Of a DNA stretch of 64,000 nucleotides, positions 6,961 through 15,633 are shown one piece after another. Source of the stretch: a virus; IMG/VR virus record IMGVR_UViG_3300045825_000202, positions 1-64,000 of that record. One strand, 5' to 3'. Position numbers and translations under genes: made by a program. The notes below the pieces were generated by a model, which made no database searches, was not told the origin of the DNA, and saw only the letters and a list, made by a program, of their open reading frames with translations. Positions within the stretch are counted from its first letter, which is position 1, and each line of letters starts with the position of its first letter.

Positions 6961-7530
6961 CCTATAAGAGAATCAGGGTTTTTGTACAGTTACCCCTCAC
7001 TGCCTACATACTAAAGTCTAATTAGACTTTAGTATGTATCCTGATTACTTTTGATAATCAGGATAGTATTAGTTACTTTTGATAACTAATATTTTTAGCC
7101 TTCTTGGGTAACCTTTGGAGTCAGTGCGGCAATAAGTTTCACCAAAGCCGACTTATTGACATGATCAAAACTGCTTTGTTCCGCCTCACTCATACTGCCC
7201 ACCAGTTTAGCCAAATCATCAATCAAGCCTTCTTTTTTAACGACAGTAGTCCCGGCCTTTGTCTTATATTCTGGTTTAACATAAAGCTGGTCGCCATCTA
7301 CCGACTTCATACGGGACAACTTAGCGATAATAGAGCGGGTAGTCTTACCCAATTCAAGGGCCAACAATTCAACGCTAGATTGTTTTTTATCAGCACCATA
7401 AACAAGGGCCATGCGTGCCGCTTGCTCTTCGGTATAGTTAACGGGCTTTACGGTTTTAGTAGTTGCGTTCATTTTGAAACATCCTATAAGAGAATCAGGG
7501 TTTTTGTACAGTTACCCTTTACTGCCTACA
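6961..7530 (-). repeat. 48-bp direct repeat at 6961-7008 and 7483-7530 (duplicated 5' leaders)
   Basis: 46/48 identical; each copy lies immediately upstream of a start codon. Confidence 0.9.
7095..7472 (-). CDS. A2: T5 A2-like pre-early DNA-binding protein
   Basis: Size, position next to A1 and recalled similarity to T5 A2 (S..AKLS..K.Y.K, helical C-terminus). Confidence 0.75.
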   Translation of the reverse strand: MNATTKTVKPVNYTEEQAARMALVYGADKKQSSVELLALELGKTTRSIIAKLSRMKSVDGDQLYVKPEYKTKAGTTVVKKEGLIDDLAKLVGSMSEAEQSSFDHVNKSALVKLIAALTPKVTQEG

Positions 7531-7614
7531 ATCTAGATTTTAACAGACTTTTTTAGTATTTTTCAGGTAAAACATAATAAAATTTTATGTTTTCTAGCGT
7601 AAAAAGATGGAAAC

Positions 7615-9231
7615 TTAAAGAAAAATAATTTGTCGCTGCCCATTCTGCCAAGTAACGATCGAAGCTAACCGCCACGAACTTGGCCCGATATTATACCCCA
7701 TATCAAGCTCGCAACATCCGGCGGTATAACAGCCGCCTATGATGCTAGGCGAATGAGTGTGGCCTGTGTTCATTTTAACGCCAAGCCCCGCCAGTTGCTG
7801 AGGTGAGCCGCGAGAGCCGTTAGCGCCCGTGTGGCCGTGGCACCCCATCTCAATTCCTGCCAAAATCAATGATTCGTCTGTGCTATGGAAAACGATATTA
7901 TCTTGAATAAGCCCGCCAAATTCACCCACCACATATTCTAGCATATTGAACGGCTCTTTGTACCCAGCATCAATATATTTATATAATTCTAGCATACATT
8001 GAAGATATAAAATAGCATTAGTAGGATCTGCTTTATAATCCTCACTCTTGAGCCATGTATTAATAGCTAGATCGTGGTTAGATTCTATAATGTGCGTCAT
8101 TCGATCATACTCAGCGGATAACTTATATATTACATTAGCTACTTTAATAATATCCTTTTCAACGGTATTGCCTTTAGTATGTTGACCGAACATAAAGGTA
8201 CAATCTTTCACATTATGATGATTCCTACTGCTAAAGTCCATTACATCATGCAAGACAGTATGGTATGGGTTAAATTTCTCCAGATGTTCAACTAACATAT
8301 CTAGGTTATTGCTAGATAATCTTTCTGCGTGAATATCCCCGAACTGTAAAGCAATGGGCCTCTGCCCCGTAATAACTTCATTAGCAGAATAATAGTTACC
8401 CTCGTCATAGAATCCATCACATCCCGGCATAATCTCCAAATGTCTAGCAGTCAGTACCCCATTTTTAACGGATACATACAGTGCACTAATGTTGTGCATA
8501 CTTGCCGCGACAGCACCGGCTTTACGTAATATATAATTACGCCGAGTGATACTACCCGTGCTAAACAACAGTTTCCCTTCACCATTTTTTAGTGCCGCCG
8601 TTGCCTTCAATGTAATTTTACTTGCAGGTATACACACCGACACACCTACAGGTGTAATGCTCTCAAAACCACTTAAAGGACCCTTGGCCGTTGGATTCAC
8701 GTTGGCTTGGCCGATAAAATGTATAACGCCACCTAAACTAATTTGACCCTCTACAATATATTTTACAATGGCAGGATCATAATAAATACCATCAGTAGCA
8801 TCTTGTGCAACCATAAACCCGGCCTTGTTATAGGTCATTTTTGCTACCATAATTATAGCATTATTATGCTCTGCAAAAGTTTCCAATGCACTCAAAGCCA
8901 CCATATCAACATCAGTGTTATTTTGCGCAACCGTTAACACATAGTTTCCCTCAGGATACTCCTGTACGTGTCCAGATGCGCTATCCGTGCCGCTAGACAA
9001 TGGTTTTGCGGCGTCTGACTCGATCTTATCAAAAGCCTTTTTAATTCGGTTTTGTGAGACTTCATGACGACGACTTACTTCAGCCTGCAAGATAACTAAT
9101 ACAGTATATTTATCAGCATTTTCAAATTCTTGTAGTTCAAGCAGTTCACCGAGCAGGACTTCGCGCTTCTCTTCAGACTTTGCACGAAAATAGCCCATAG
9201 TTTGCGCAGTTAAGATAGTTTGCTGTTTCAT
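7615..9231 (-). CDS. A1: T5 A1-like protein (second-step transfer / host DNA degradation), metallophosphoesterase fold
   Basis: 538 aa; AQNNT, GDIH, HD, SNHD, HGH.G.NGSRGS and GHTHS motifs. Confidence 0.85.
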   Translation of the reverse strand: MKQQTILTAQTMGYFRAKSEEKREVLLGELLELQEFENADKYTVLVILQAEVSRRHEVSQNRIKKAFDKIESDAAKPLSSGTDSASGHVQEYPEGNYVLTVAQNNTDVDMVALSALETFAEHNNAIIMVAKMTYNKAGFMVAQDATDGIYYDPAIVKYIVEGQISLGGVIHFIGQANVNPTAKGPLSGFESITPVGVSVCIPASKITLKATAALKNGEGKLLFSTGSITRRNYILRKAGAVAASMHNISALYVSVKNGVLTARHLEIMPGCDGFYDEGNYYSANEVITGQRPIALQFGDIHAERLSSNNLDMLVEHLEKFNPYHTVLHDVMDFSSRNHHNVKDCTFMFGQHTKGNTVEKDIIKVANVIYKLSAEYDRMTHIIESNHDLAINTWLKSEDYKADPTNAILYLQCMLELYKYIDAGYKEPFNMLEYVVGEFGGLIQDNIVFHSTDESLILAGIEMGCHGHTGANGSRGSPQQLAGLGVKMNTGHTHSPSIIGGCYTAGCCELDMGYNIGPSSWRLASIVTWQNGQRQIIFL

Positions 9232-9306
9232 AATGTTTACCTGAAAATAGAATAGTGTCTATCTTAACACATCAGTTTAAAACCTAAACTGATAAAGGAT
9301 TATAAC

Positions 9307-9804
9307 TTATTTACAAGGAACCCAGACTAATTTCTTACAATTACCGTCAAAGGTCGCCCTATCGCCAAAGATCGCCCAATGGCCAAAGATCGCCCAATTA
9401 CCAAAGGTCGCTTCATCACCAAAGGTCGTCCAATCGCCAAAGATCGCTTCATCACCAAAGGTCGCCCTATCGCCAAAGGTCACCCTATCGCCAAAGATCG
9501 CCCTATCGCCAAAGATCGCCCAATTACCAAAGGTCGCCCTATCGCCAAAGATCGCTTCATCACCAAAGGTCGCCCTATCGCCAAAGATCGCCCAATGGCC
9601 AAAGATCGCCCAATTACCAAAGGTCGCTTCATCACCAAAGGTCGTCCAATCGCCAAAGATCGCTTCATCACCAAAGATCGCCCCCTTGCCAAAGGTCGCC
9701 CTATCGCCAAAATACGAAACTAGGGAATAGTCCCCCATAGGACATTCTCTAACACCATCCACGATAGGTAGGGTATTAAACTCAGCTTGTGTGTATTGTT
9801 TCAT
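9307..9804 (-). CDS. hexapeptide-repeat (beta-helix) protein
   Basis: About 20 repeats of FG[DNH][REW][AT][TI], encoded by 18-bp DNA repeats. Confidence 0.8.
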   Translation of the reverse strand: MKQYTQAEFNTLPIVDGVRECPMGDYSLVSYFGDRATFGKGAIFGDEAIFGDWTTFGDEATFGNWAIFGHWAIFGDRATFGDEAIFGDRATFGNWAIFGDRAIFGDRVTFGDRATFGDEAIFGDWTTFGDEATFGNWAIFGHWAIFGDRATFDGNCKKLVWVPCK

Positions 9805-9810
9805 AATATA

Positions 9811-9906
9811 TTACTCGAAAATCTCAAAAAGCCACATAGAAAAAGCAGTTAGTGCAACTAGTGGTACGTATACGATAAATTCGAAAGCCTTTCTAAATAA
9901 TTTCAT
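9811..9906 (-). CDS. small membrane peptide
   Basis: MKLFRKAFEFIVYVPLVALTAFSMWLFEIFE, starting just after the HAD stop. Confidence 0.45.
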   Translation of the reverse strand: MKLFRKAFEFIVYVPLVALTAFSMWLFEIFE

Positions 9907-9907
9907 A

Positions 9908-10444
9908 TTATACCCCAATTCTAGCATTGATTTTATGTGCGCAAAGCACGGGAAACAGTGAGCGAAGCGCATATTTAACAGGCTTTGCATCATCGAACAT
10001 TATAACCTGTTTACCCTTAAATTGTTTTAACTTCAAAAAGGGCTTAATCCAAGTCATTTTGTAGTCACCATCCTTCATTTTATAGTGCTTTTCGCTTTTA
10101 CATTGATCTCGCGACATAATCTTATGATAGGGCAGGTTATTACGCTGCAAGAACTGATAGTCACAACTTTGCATATCCCTTGCAGTTAGGATAATAATAT
10201 AATCCCCCATTGCGTGCCTATCTCGCATCAGTTTAGCTATCGGTAATAACTTATCTTTTGCTACGTTTTTAGGTGTATGGTTTTTAATATACGCCTCTAG
10301 GTTAAGCGTACCATCAGGAAAATTAGGTGTTCGGTGACTTGAATTAATACAAGTCTCGTCAAGATCAAAAATAATTATATTTTTCATATCAACAAATAAC
10401 GTAAAATTCTTGAACAAATGCAGTATAAGAATCATTAGATTCAT
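9908..10444 (-). CDS. HAD-family phosphatase, T5 Dmp-like (start probably 10387)
   Basis: IIFDLDET motif I, LTAR motif II, K and FDD motif IV; location in the pre-early cluster. Confidence 0.8.
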   Translation of the reverse strand: MNLMILILHLFKNFTLFVDMKNIIIFDLDETCINSSHRTPNFPDGTLNLEAYIKNHTPKNVAKDKLLPIAKLMRDRHAMGDYIIILTARDMQSCDYQFLQRNNLPYHKIMSRDQCKSEKHYKMKDGDYKMTWIKPFLKLKQFKGKQVIMFDDAKPVKYALRSLFPVLCAHKINARIGV

Positions 10445-10549
10445 TATACTTTTCTACATAGTTGTCTGCCTCAGATAACTGCGCAAAAACCGATTCTACA
10501 AACGTCTCAAATTCATTATTATCAGAAAATACAGTAACAATATAAACTT

Positions 10550-10762
10550 TCATATTAAAACCCTATAAAGTCCAATTAAATTTGCACAAAAGAACGTACC
10601 GTTCAATGTGACTATAGCATTATCACGCCGATAACATCCAACGATTAACCAACTAATTGACCCTAAGCTAAAGCAAATATAGCCTATTAGCATAACCCCA
10701 TAGGCTACTAGAAACGCGCCGGCTATACTAGCCATAGTGCCAAGCCATGCTACCTTATTCAT
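10550..10762 (-). CDS. small inner-membrane protein
   Basis: Three hydrophobic helices in 70 aa. Confidence 0.7.
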   Translation of the reverse strand: MNKVAWLGTMASIAGAFLVAYGVMLIGYICFSLGSISWLIVGCYRRDNAIVTLNGTFFCANLIGLYRVLI

Positions 10763-11109
10763 AGTGACATATTTTCCTGTAACCTATTGGCAGGGTATCC
10801 CATTTTTACTAGAATATTTTGCCATGATTTTCTATGGTGTTTATCACCCTCAGCCCATCCGTTCAAAAGCCAGTCAATCTCATGTGCCAACTCATGACAT
10901 AGAATTTCAGTTACCATTCTATCATAGTATTTGTTCAGATAAACCCTAGCTAAATGAATCTCGTTTGTCTCGCTTCTATTATAGGCAATAGTCTTTTTAA
11001 GGCGATTATTTATAATAATAGTAGGGCAAGTAAACTTTTTAAGTTTAGGGAATAACTTTATACTATCTTGCCAAATAGTATCGGCTATTGCTTGAATAGT
11101 ATCTCTCAT
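10759..11109 (-). CDS. SprT-like zinc metalloprotease domain protein
   Basis: N.RL..T, HELAH and H...W motifs. Confidence 0.8.
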   Translation of the reverse strand: MRDTIQAIADTIWQDSIKLFPKLKKFTCPTIIINNRLKKTIAYNRSETNEIHLARVYLNKYYDRMVTEILCHELAHEIDWLLNGWAEGDKHHRKSWQNILVKMGYPANRLQENMSL

Positions 11110-11261
11110 TTGATTTTGCGCAGAATGCGGCCAATAATGCCAGTCTGTATCCGTGCTCGCGTTGGCGCGATTCTCATAAAGTTATGACCTACTGTTACGG
11201 ATACTATAGGATTAACCTTAGTTTGTGCTAGCATCATGTTTGCATAGTATTCTGAACGCAT
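11106..11261 (-). CDS. small basic hypothetical protein (51 aa, not in ORF track)
   Basis: Translated by hand: MRSEYYANMM...GRILRKIK; its TGA overlaps the SprT ATG. Confidence 0.5.
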   Translation of the reverse strand: MRSEYYANMMLAQTKVNPIVSVTVGHNFMRIAPTRARIQTGIIGRILRKIK

Positions 11262-11263
11262 TT

Positions 11264-11506
11264 TCATTTACTCCAAAGCGGAAACTGTTTCTTTGCTTGC
11301 CTAATTACAGAATTGATTCTAACGTCATATTCTGCCTCAAGGTCAACATTTTCACCGTTTAACGTAACTTCTACGCTTTCCCATGGGTGGCTTGGCAGTG
11401 CGACAATGATTGTGTCGCTATCTACCTTATATTCTGCGTTAAGCAGTAGGGCGCCCAGTTGGATGATGCTTGGCTCGACACGTGAAGTGATAAAGGATAA
11501 TTTCAT
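11264..11506 (-). CDS. hypothetical pre-early protein
   Basis: 80-aa ORF in a tightly packed cluster. Confidence 0.6.
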   Translation of the reverse strand: MKLSFITSRVEPSIIQLGALLLNAEYKVDSDTIIVALPSHPWESVEVTLNGENVDLEAEYDVRINSVIRQAKKQFPLWSK

Positions 11507-11701
11507 TTTTTAGTCCAAATAAACGATTAAAGAACAAACAATAACAAAGGTAAGAAGTAAAAACCACATTTTAATATACCTCTTCCATGCAACGAATGAA
11601 CGCGACGGCATCGCAATAAGTCTCGAAACGAACAATCTCTTCTCCGCTTTCAATGTCGCATACAGCATACATTGTAAAGCCTAAGAAGGCACATTTGCGA
11701 A

Positions 11702-11893
11702 CTATTTCATGCATTTTGTATACTCTAAGTAAGCAGGTATCACCCAAGCGCCGTCAATTTTAGCATAGATCAACCAGTTAACCCCTAAGATATCAACCTC
11801 TGTAACGGGTATATCGTCGCGCCTAGCTTCAAAAAATGCGGCCAATGACTGCTCGGTCATATCAAGTAAAACAGTAGTATTGAATGATCTCAT
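11702..11893 (-). CDS. hypothetical pre-early protein
   Basis: 63-aa ORF with AGGA RBS; first gene of the cluster. Confidence 0.6.
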   Translation of the reverse strand: MRSFNTTVLLDMTEQSLAAFFEARRDDIPVTEVDILGVNWLIYAKIDGAWVIPAYLEYTKCMK

Positions 11894-12195
11894 GATGGTC
11901 CTAAAGGATTGATCGTTACCCTATACTATAAGCAGATACCGTGCCAGGTATTTCATGCTATCAAAGTTATAGTATTGATCATATATAAATCAATAGGTTA
12001 TATTACAAATGAGAACCCGTACTATTTGACCAGATTTTCAAGTGTAAAGAAAAACCTAATCTTTCCACATTGTGAAATAAAAGGAATCATTTAACTGTAT
12101 GCATACACAGTGCATTGTCGAAAGCCTTTACAGTATCAAAAGTATAGCAAAGTGCTATCAATTGTGTAGTGATTTGCTATGCTTTGTGTAGCGTT

Positions 12196-12256
12196 AACTA
12201 TATAAACAGTTTATATAGTTTATACGGTATAAACTATATAAACTGTTTATATAGTT
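12196..12256. repeat. nested perfect palindrome
   Basis: 30-bp arms (12196-12225 / 12227-12256), each containing its own 12-bp-arm palindrome. Confidence 0.95.
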
Positions 12257-12560
12257 TATAAAAGCATACTATACGGGGTAGGGTATAGGAGGGGTTAATA
12301 GACTGCTATCTTTTTTGTAGCATGGTGACCCATCCATTTGCGGTATTTTAAGAATTTATACGGTATAATTTCGGTGCTATCTTGACCCTAAGTCATGCAA
12401 ATAGACGCTAAAGCGTAAACTAGGCACTACTATGTCATATGATATTCCCTAAGCTGTACAAACTATACGCTTCGCGTTGACTTGGTGGTGTATATACTAT
12501 AAGTGTTAACTTGATAGTGTGTATATTACTTAAACCTAAGAAGTTTCAAAAATTTACGTA

Positions 12561-12589
12561 TTGACTCGTATCTGCCTAAGTGCTATAAT
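12561..12589 (+). promoter_or_regulatory. sigma70 promoter of the packaging genes
   Basis: TTGACT-17-TATAAT with an extended -10 TG. Confidence 0.8.
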
Positions 12590-12621
12590 AAAATTACAAA
12601 GTACAAAAAGGAGATTTTTTA

Positions 12622-12816
12622 ATGGAATTACCAAAAGGGGTATACGTAAGTGGGGTTAAGTTTGTCGCAAGATTACGCTTCGAATCCAAACTTATGCATC
12701 TAGGGACATTTACTACAGTTGAAGAAGCTAATACGGCTTTACAAGAAAAGCGTAAAGAGTTAGGTGTAGTAGGTAATAATACAAAACTAAGAATAATAAA
12801 GGATAAAGATGAGTAA
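12622..12816 (+). CDS. stand-alone AP2-like DNA-binding domain protein
   Basis: KGVY...F.A.......HLG.F.T.EEA pattern; AAGGAG RBS. Confidence 0.7.
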   Translation: MELPKGVYVSGVKFVARLRFESKLMHLGTFTTVEEANTALQEKRKELGVVGNNTKLRIIKDKDE

Positions 12817-13312
12817 TATGTGTACAACCACGCCAGCTGAGACGCTGCAGATTGCACCTGAATCATTAGAGGTTGCTAATGCCTACCTACAAACACCTGA
12901 TATAAAAAAGGTAGCTAATCAGTTAGGAATACCTCCAGAAATCGTATCAGATATTCTAGAACGTAAGGAAGTTCGAAATTATGTGAACTCAATATTTTTT
13001 AGTTGCGGATTTAGTAATAAGTTCCAAGTTCGTGATTTAATAGATACTATTATAAAAAAGAAGCTACAAGAGCTGGACGAAAGTGATACCGGATCTACTA
13101 AAGATATTATAGAAATTTTAGCGTTATCGCATAAAATTAATATAGAAATGATACAAGCAGAAATGAAGTTAGAAGAGATGAGAACTAAAAATAGTATAAA
13201 GAAGCAGGTAAATGTTCAGATCAATGAAGCTATGGGTGGGACTTCAAAGTACTCTAGTTTAATTGAGCGACTAATTGGTGGAAGTAAAACAGATGATGTG
13301 GTAGATGTATAA
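12809..13312 (+). CDS. terminase small subunit
   Basis: HTH-like N-terminus, upstream of TerL, T5-like size. Confidence 0.75.
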   Translation: MSNMCTTTPAETLQIAPESLEVANAYLQTPDIKKVANQLGIPPEIVSDILERKEVRNYVNSIFFSCGFSNKFQVRDLIDTIIKKKLQELDESDTGSTKDIIEILALSHKINIEMIQAEMKLEEMRTKNSIKKQVNVQINEAMGGTSKYSSLIERLIGGSKTDDVVDV

Positions 13313-13455
13313 TGGCATATATTTATAAATTACAATTTGATGGTGACGAACGCGTATATATTGGTAAAACAGCAGGTATTTTAGATATTAGACAAAGCAA
13401 GCACTACTGGATGCTAAAAAATAATAAACATCATAGCTCTAGAAGAGGTAAATAA
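13312..13455 (+). pseudogene. truncated GIY-YIG endonuclease (47 aa)
   Basis: MAYIYKLQFDGDERVYIGKT...R...H then stop; overlaps the TerS stop and TerL start by one base each. Confidence 0.7.
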
Positions 13456-14783
13456 TGCTAGTTATCTCTAGACCTGGTATAAGTAGTACTGAGATTACAG
13501 AGTTTCCTCTACATTCTAGGTTTATTAAATTACCAATAGAGAATTATTTAAAGCTATTACCTACAGTAGACCCTATTACATATAAAAAGTCAACTGCGTG
13601 GGACCAAATCAATGGGCCCCAGCTTGCGCTTATTAACTGTATTAATTCGCCCCGTTACAGATTTGTGTGTGCTGCCCTAGCTAGACGACTTGGTAAGACA
13701 TTTATAGCTAATATTATCGCTCAGTTAGTAGTTCTAGTACCAGGGTCAAATGTACTTGTAATGTCACCTAATTTTAGTTTAAGCAGTATTTCATTCGAAC
13801 TTCAGAGAATGCTTGTTAAGACTTTTGATTTAGAAATAACTAAGGATAACGCCAAAGATCGAGTATTAGAACTAGCTAATGGCTCTACAGTTAGAGTAGG
13901 TTCTATATCTACAGTAGATAGTTGTGTAGGACGCAGTTATACCCTTATTCTGTTTGACGAGGCTGCTTTAGGAAAAGATGCGGAAGAAGCCTTTAACGTC
14001 AGTCTAAGACCTACCCTAGACCGTCCAGACTCCAAGTGCATATTCATTAGTACTCCTCGCGGAAAGAATAATTTCTTTAGTAGATTCTACCAAAGAGGAT
14101 TTAGTGACGAATTCCCTCAGTGGGCCTCTATAACTGCTACGTATCATGAAAACCCTAGAATGAGCGAAGTAGACGTAGAAGAAGCTAGAAGAAGTATGAG
14201 TAAGGCTCTATTTGAGCAAGAATACCTAAGTAGTTTCAGCACCTTCGAAGGACAGATCTACCAAGGGTATCTGCCTGAATATACTAAAGAGTTTGAGCAT
14301 AAAGAGGGTATGGAGTATATTGGCGGAGTTGACGTTGGTTTCCGCGACCCTACAGCTTTTGTAGTTATATCGTATGATAATAATAGTGGAATTTTCCATG
14401 TATTAGAAGATTATGTCCAAGCAGGTGTTACAACTAGTGTACACGCTAAAGTATTTCAAGACGCTATAGATAAATATGGTATTGAGTCAATATTCATTGA
14501 TAGTGCAGCAGCACAAACAGCCGCTGACTTAAGCTTTACTTATAATATAGGAACTATTAAAGCTAAGAAGTCTATTTTAGACGGTATTGCGTATGTGCAA
14601 GCGTTAATAGAACACGGTAAGTTAAACGTTTCTCCTAACTGTCTAGATACATTAGCAATGCTTGACCAATATAAGTGGAAAACTGATGCAGTTTCTGGAG
14701 TAGAAAAACCTGATCACGATAAGTACTCTCACGCAGCAGATGCTTTACGATACGCCCTATACTCATTCACTACAGGATATTAA
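13455..14783 (+). CDS. terL: terminase large subunit
   Basis: ARRLGKT Walker A, LFDEAA Walker B, ISTP motif and RNase H-like nuclease (DVG...D, H..DALRY). Confidence 0.95.
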   Translation: MLVISRPGISSTEITEFPLHSRFIKLPIENYLKLLPTVDPITYKKSTAWDQINGPQLALINCINSPRYRFVCAALARRLGKTFIANIIAQLVVLVPGSNVLVMSPNFSLSSISFELQRMLVKTFDLEITKDNAKDRVLELANGSTVRVGSISTVDSCVGRSYTLILFDEAALGKDAEEAFNVSLRPTLDRPDSKCIFISTPRGKNNFFSRFYQRGFSDEFPQWASITATYHENPRMSEVDVEEARRSMSKALFEQEYLSSFSTFEGQIYQGYLPEYTKEFEHKEGMEYIGGVDVGFRDPTAFVVISYDNNSGIFHVLEDYVQAGVTTSVHAKVFQDAIDKYGIESIFIDSAAAQTAADLSFTYNIGTIKAKKSILDGIAYVQALIEHGKLNVSPNCLDTLAMLDQYKWKTDAVSGVEKPDHDKYSHAADALRYALYSFTTGY

Positions 14784-14786
14784 TAC

Positions 14787-14815
14787 TTGACTTCCATAAC
14801 CACTACTAGTATAAT
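14787..14815 (+). promoter_or_regulatory. sigma70 promoter
   Basis: TTGACT-17-TATAAT. Confidence 0.75.
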
Positions 14816-14835
14816 ATAATTTTAAAAGGGCAAAT

Positions 14836-15441
14836 ATGACCTGCGGAATCTATAGATTAACTTTTCCATCTGGAAGATTTTATATCGGTAAGTCAATTGA
14901 CATTGATAAACGATGGAAACAGCATTTTGACGACTTTGAAGCCGGCAAGCATACACGCCTTATGCAGCCTGAGTTTAATAAGTATCGTCAGTATGAACAA
15001 GAAGTAATATGTGAATGTCATTCAGACTACCTTACCATTTTAGAAGATTCTTATATTGCCAGGTTTAAGCCTCCTCTTAACGGAACGTTTCCTAAGGATA
15101 GGTTTAATTGCCCTGAGCATATGATAGAAACTGCTACGTCATACTTTGGTGAGTCTATAGTAGGAAGGGTACTACAACTACATCATGCTAAAGGTGAGTT
15201 AGTTTTAGCAACTGATAAAATCAGATTCCTGGAAGATGATGTTAGGCTATTGAAGATAGAACGATCTGACTCGGAACTTGCTGCTGATATTACTAATAGG
15301 ATTGTTAAACTGCGTGAAAAAGTTACTACTCTTGATACTAGGAATGGGATATTAGAGCACGAACTAAGTAATCTTAACGTAGAGTGTCAGGAGTTATGGA
15401 AGTATAAGAAGTTACCCTGGTATAAGAAGTTATTTAATTAA
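14836..15441 (+). CDS. GIY-YIG endonuclease with C-terminal coiled coil
   Basis: GIYRL...FYIGKS..I.KRW..H; heptad-rich C-terminus ending PWYKKLF. Confidence 0.8.
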   Translation: MTCGIYRLTFPSGRFYIGKSIDIDKRWKQHFDDFEAGKHTRLMQPEFNKYRQYEQEVICECHSDYLTILEDSYIARFKPPLNGTFPKDRFNCPEHMIETATSYFGESIVGRVLQLHHAKGELVLATDKIRFLEDDVRLLKIERSDSELAADITNRIVKLREKVTTLDTRNGILEHELSNLNVECQELWKYKKLPWYKKLFN

Positions 15442-15476
15442 AAAAGCCGCTACGATTTGCATCGTAGCGGCTTTTT
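15441..15476 (+). terminator. intrinsic terminator
   Basis: AAGCCGCTACGAT/ATCGTAGCGGCTT stem plus T run. Confidence 0.85.
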
Positions 15477-15566
15477 GTTACTCTAGAAAAATATACTCTG
15501 TATCAACAAATAGTTTCTTAGTAGGAATTAATTGCCAATTAATTCCTACCAATAAAAAAATGTACC

Positions 15567-15595
15567 TTGACTATTAACTACCTAAATGTTATAAT
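15567..15595 (+). promoter_or_regulatory. sigma70 promoter of the head genes
   Basis: TTGACT-17-TATAAT with TG extension. Confidence 0.8.
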
Positions 15596-15633
15596 AGAGT
15601 CGTTAAAGATATAGGTCTAATAAAAATTATAAC

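Noticed and set aside
9379-9723. Plus-strand and alternative-frame repeat ORFs (AKDRPI..., AIGRPL...)
   Set aside because: Shadows of the 18-bp repeat; the FGD frame has the RBS, unique termini and operon orientation.
11909-12094. 61-aa plus-strand ORF
   Set aside because: Lies in the AT-rich divergent promoter/terminus gap; no convincing protein features.
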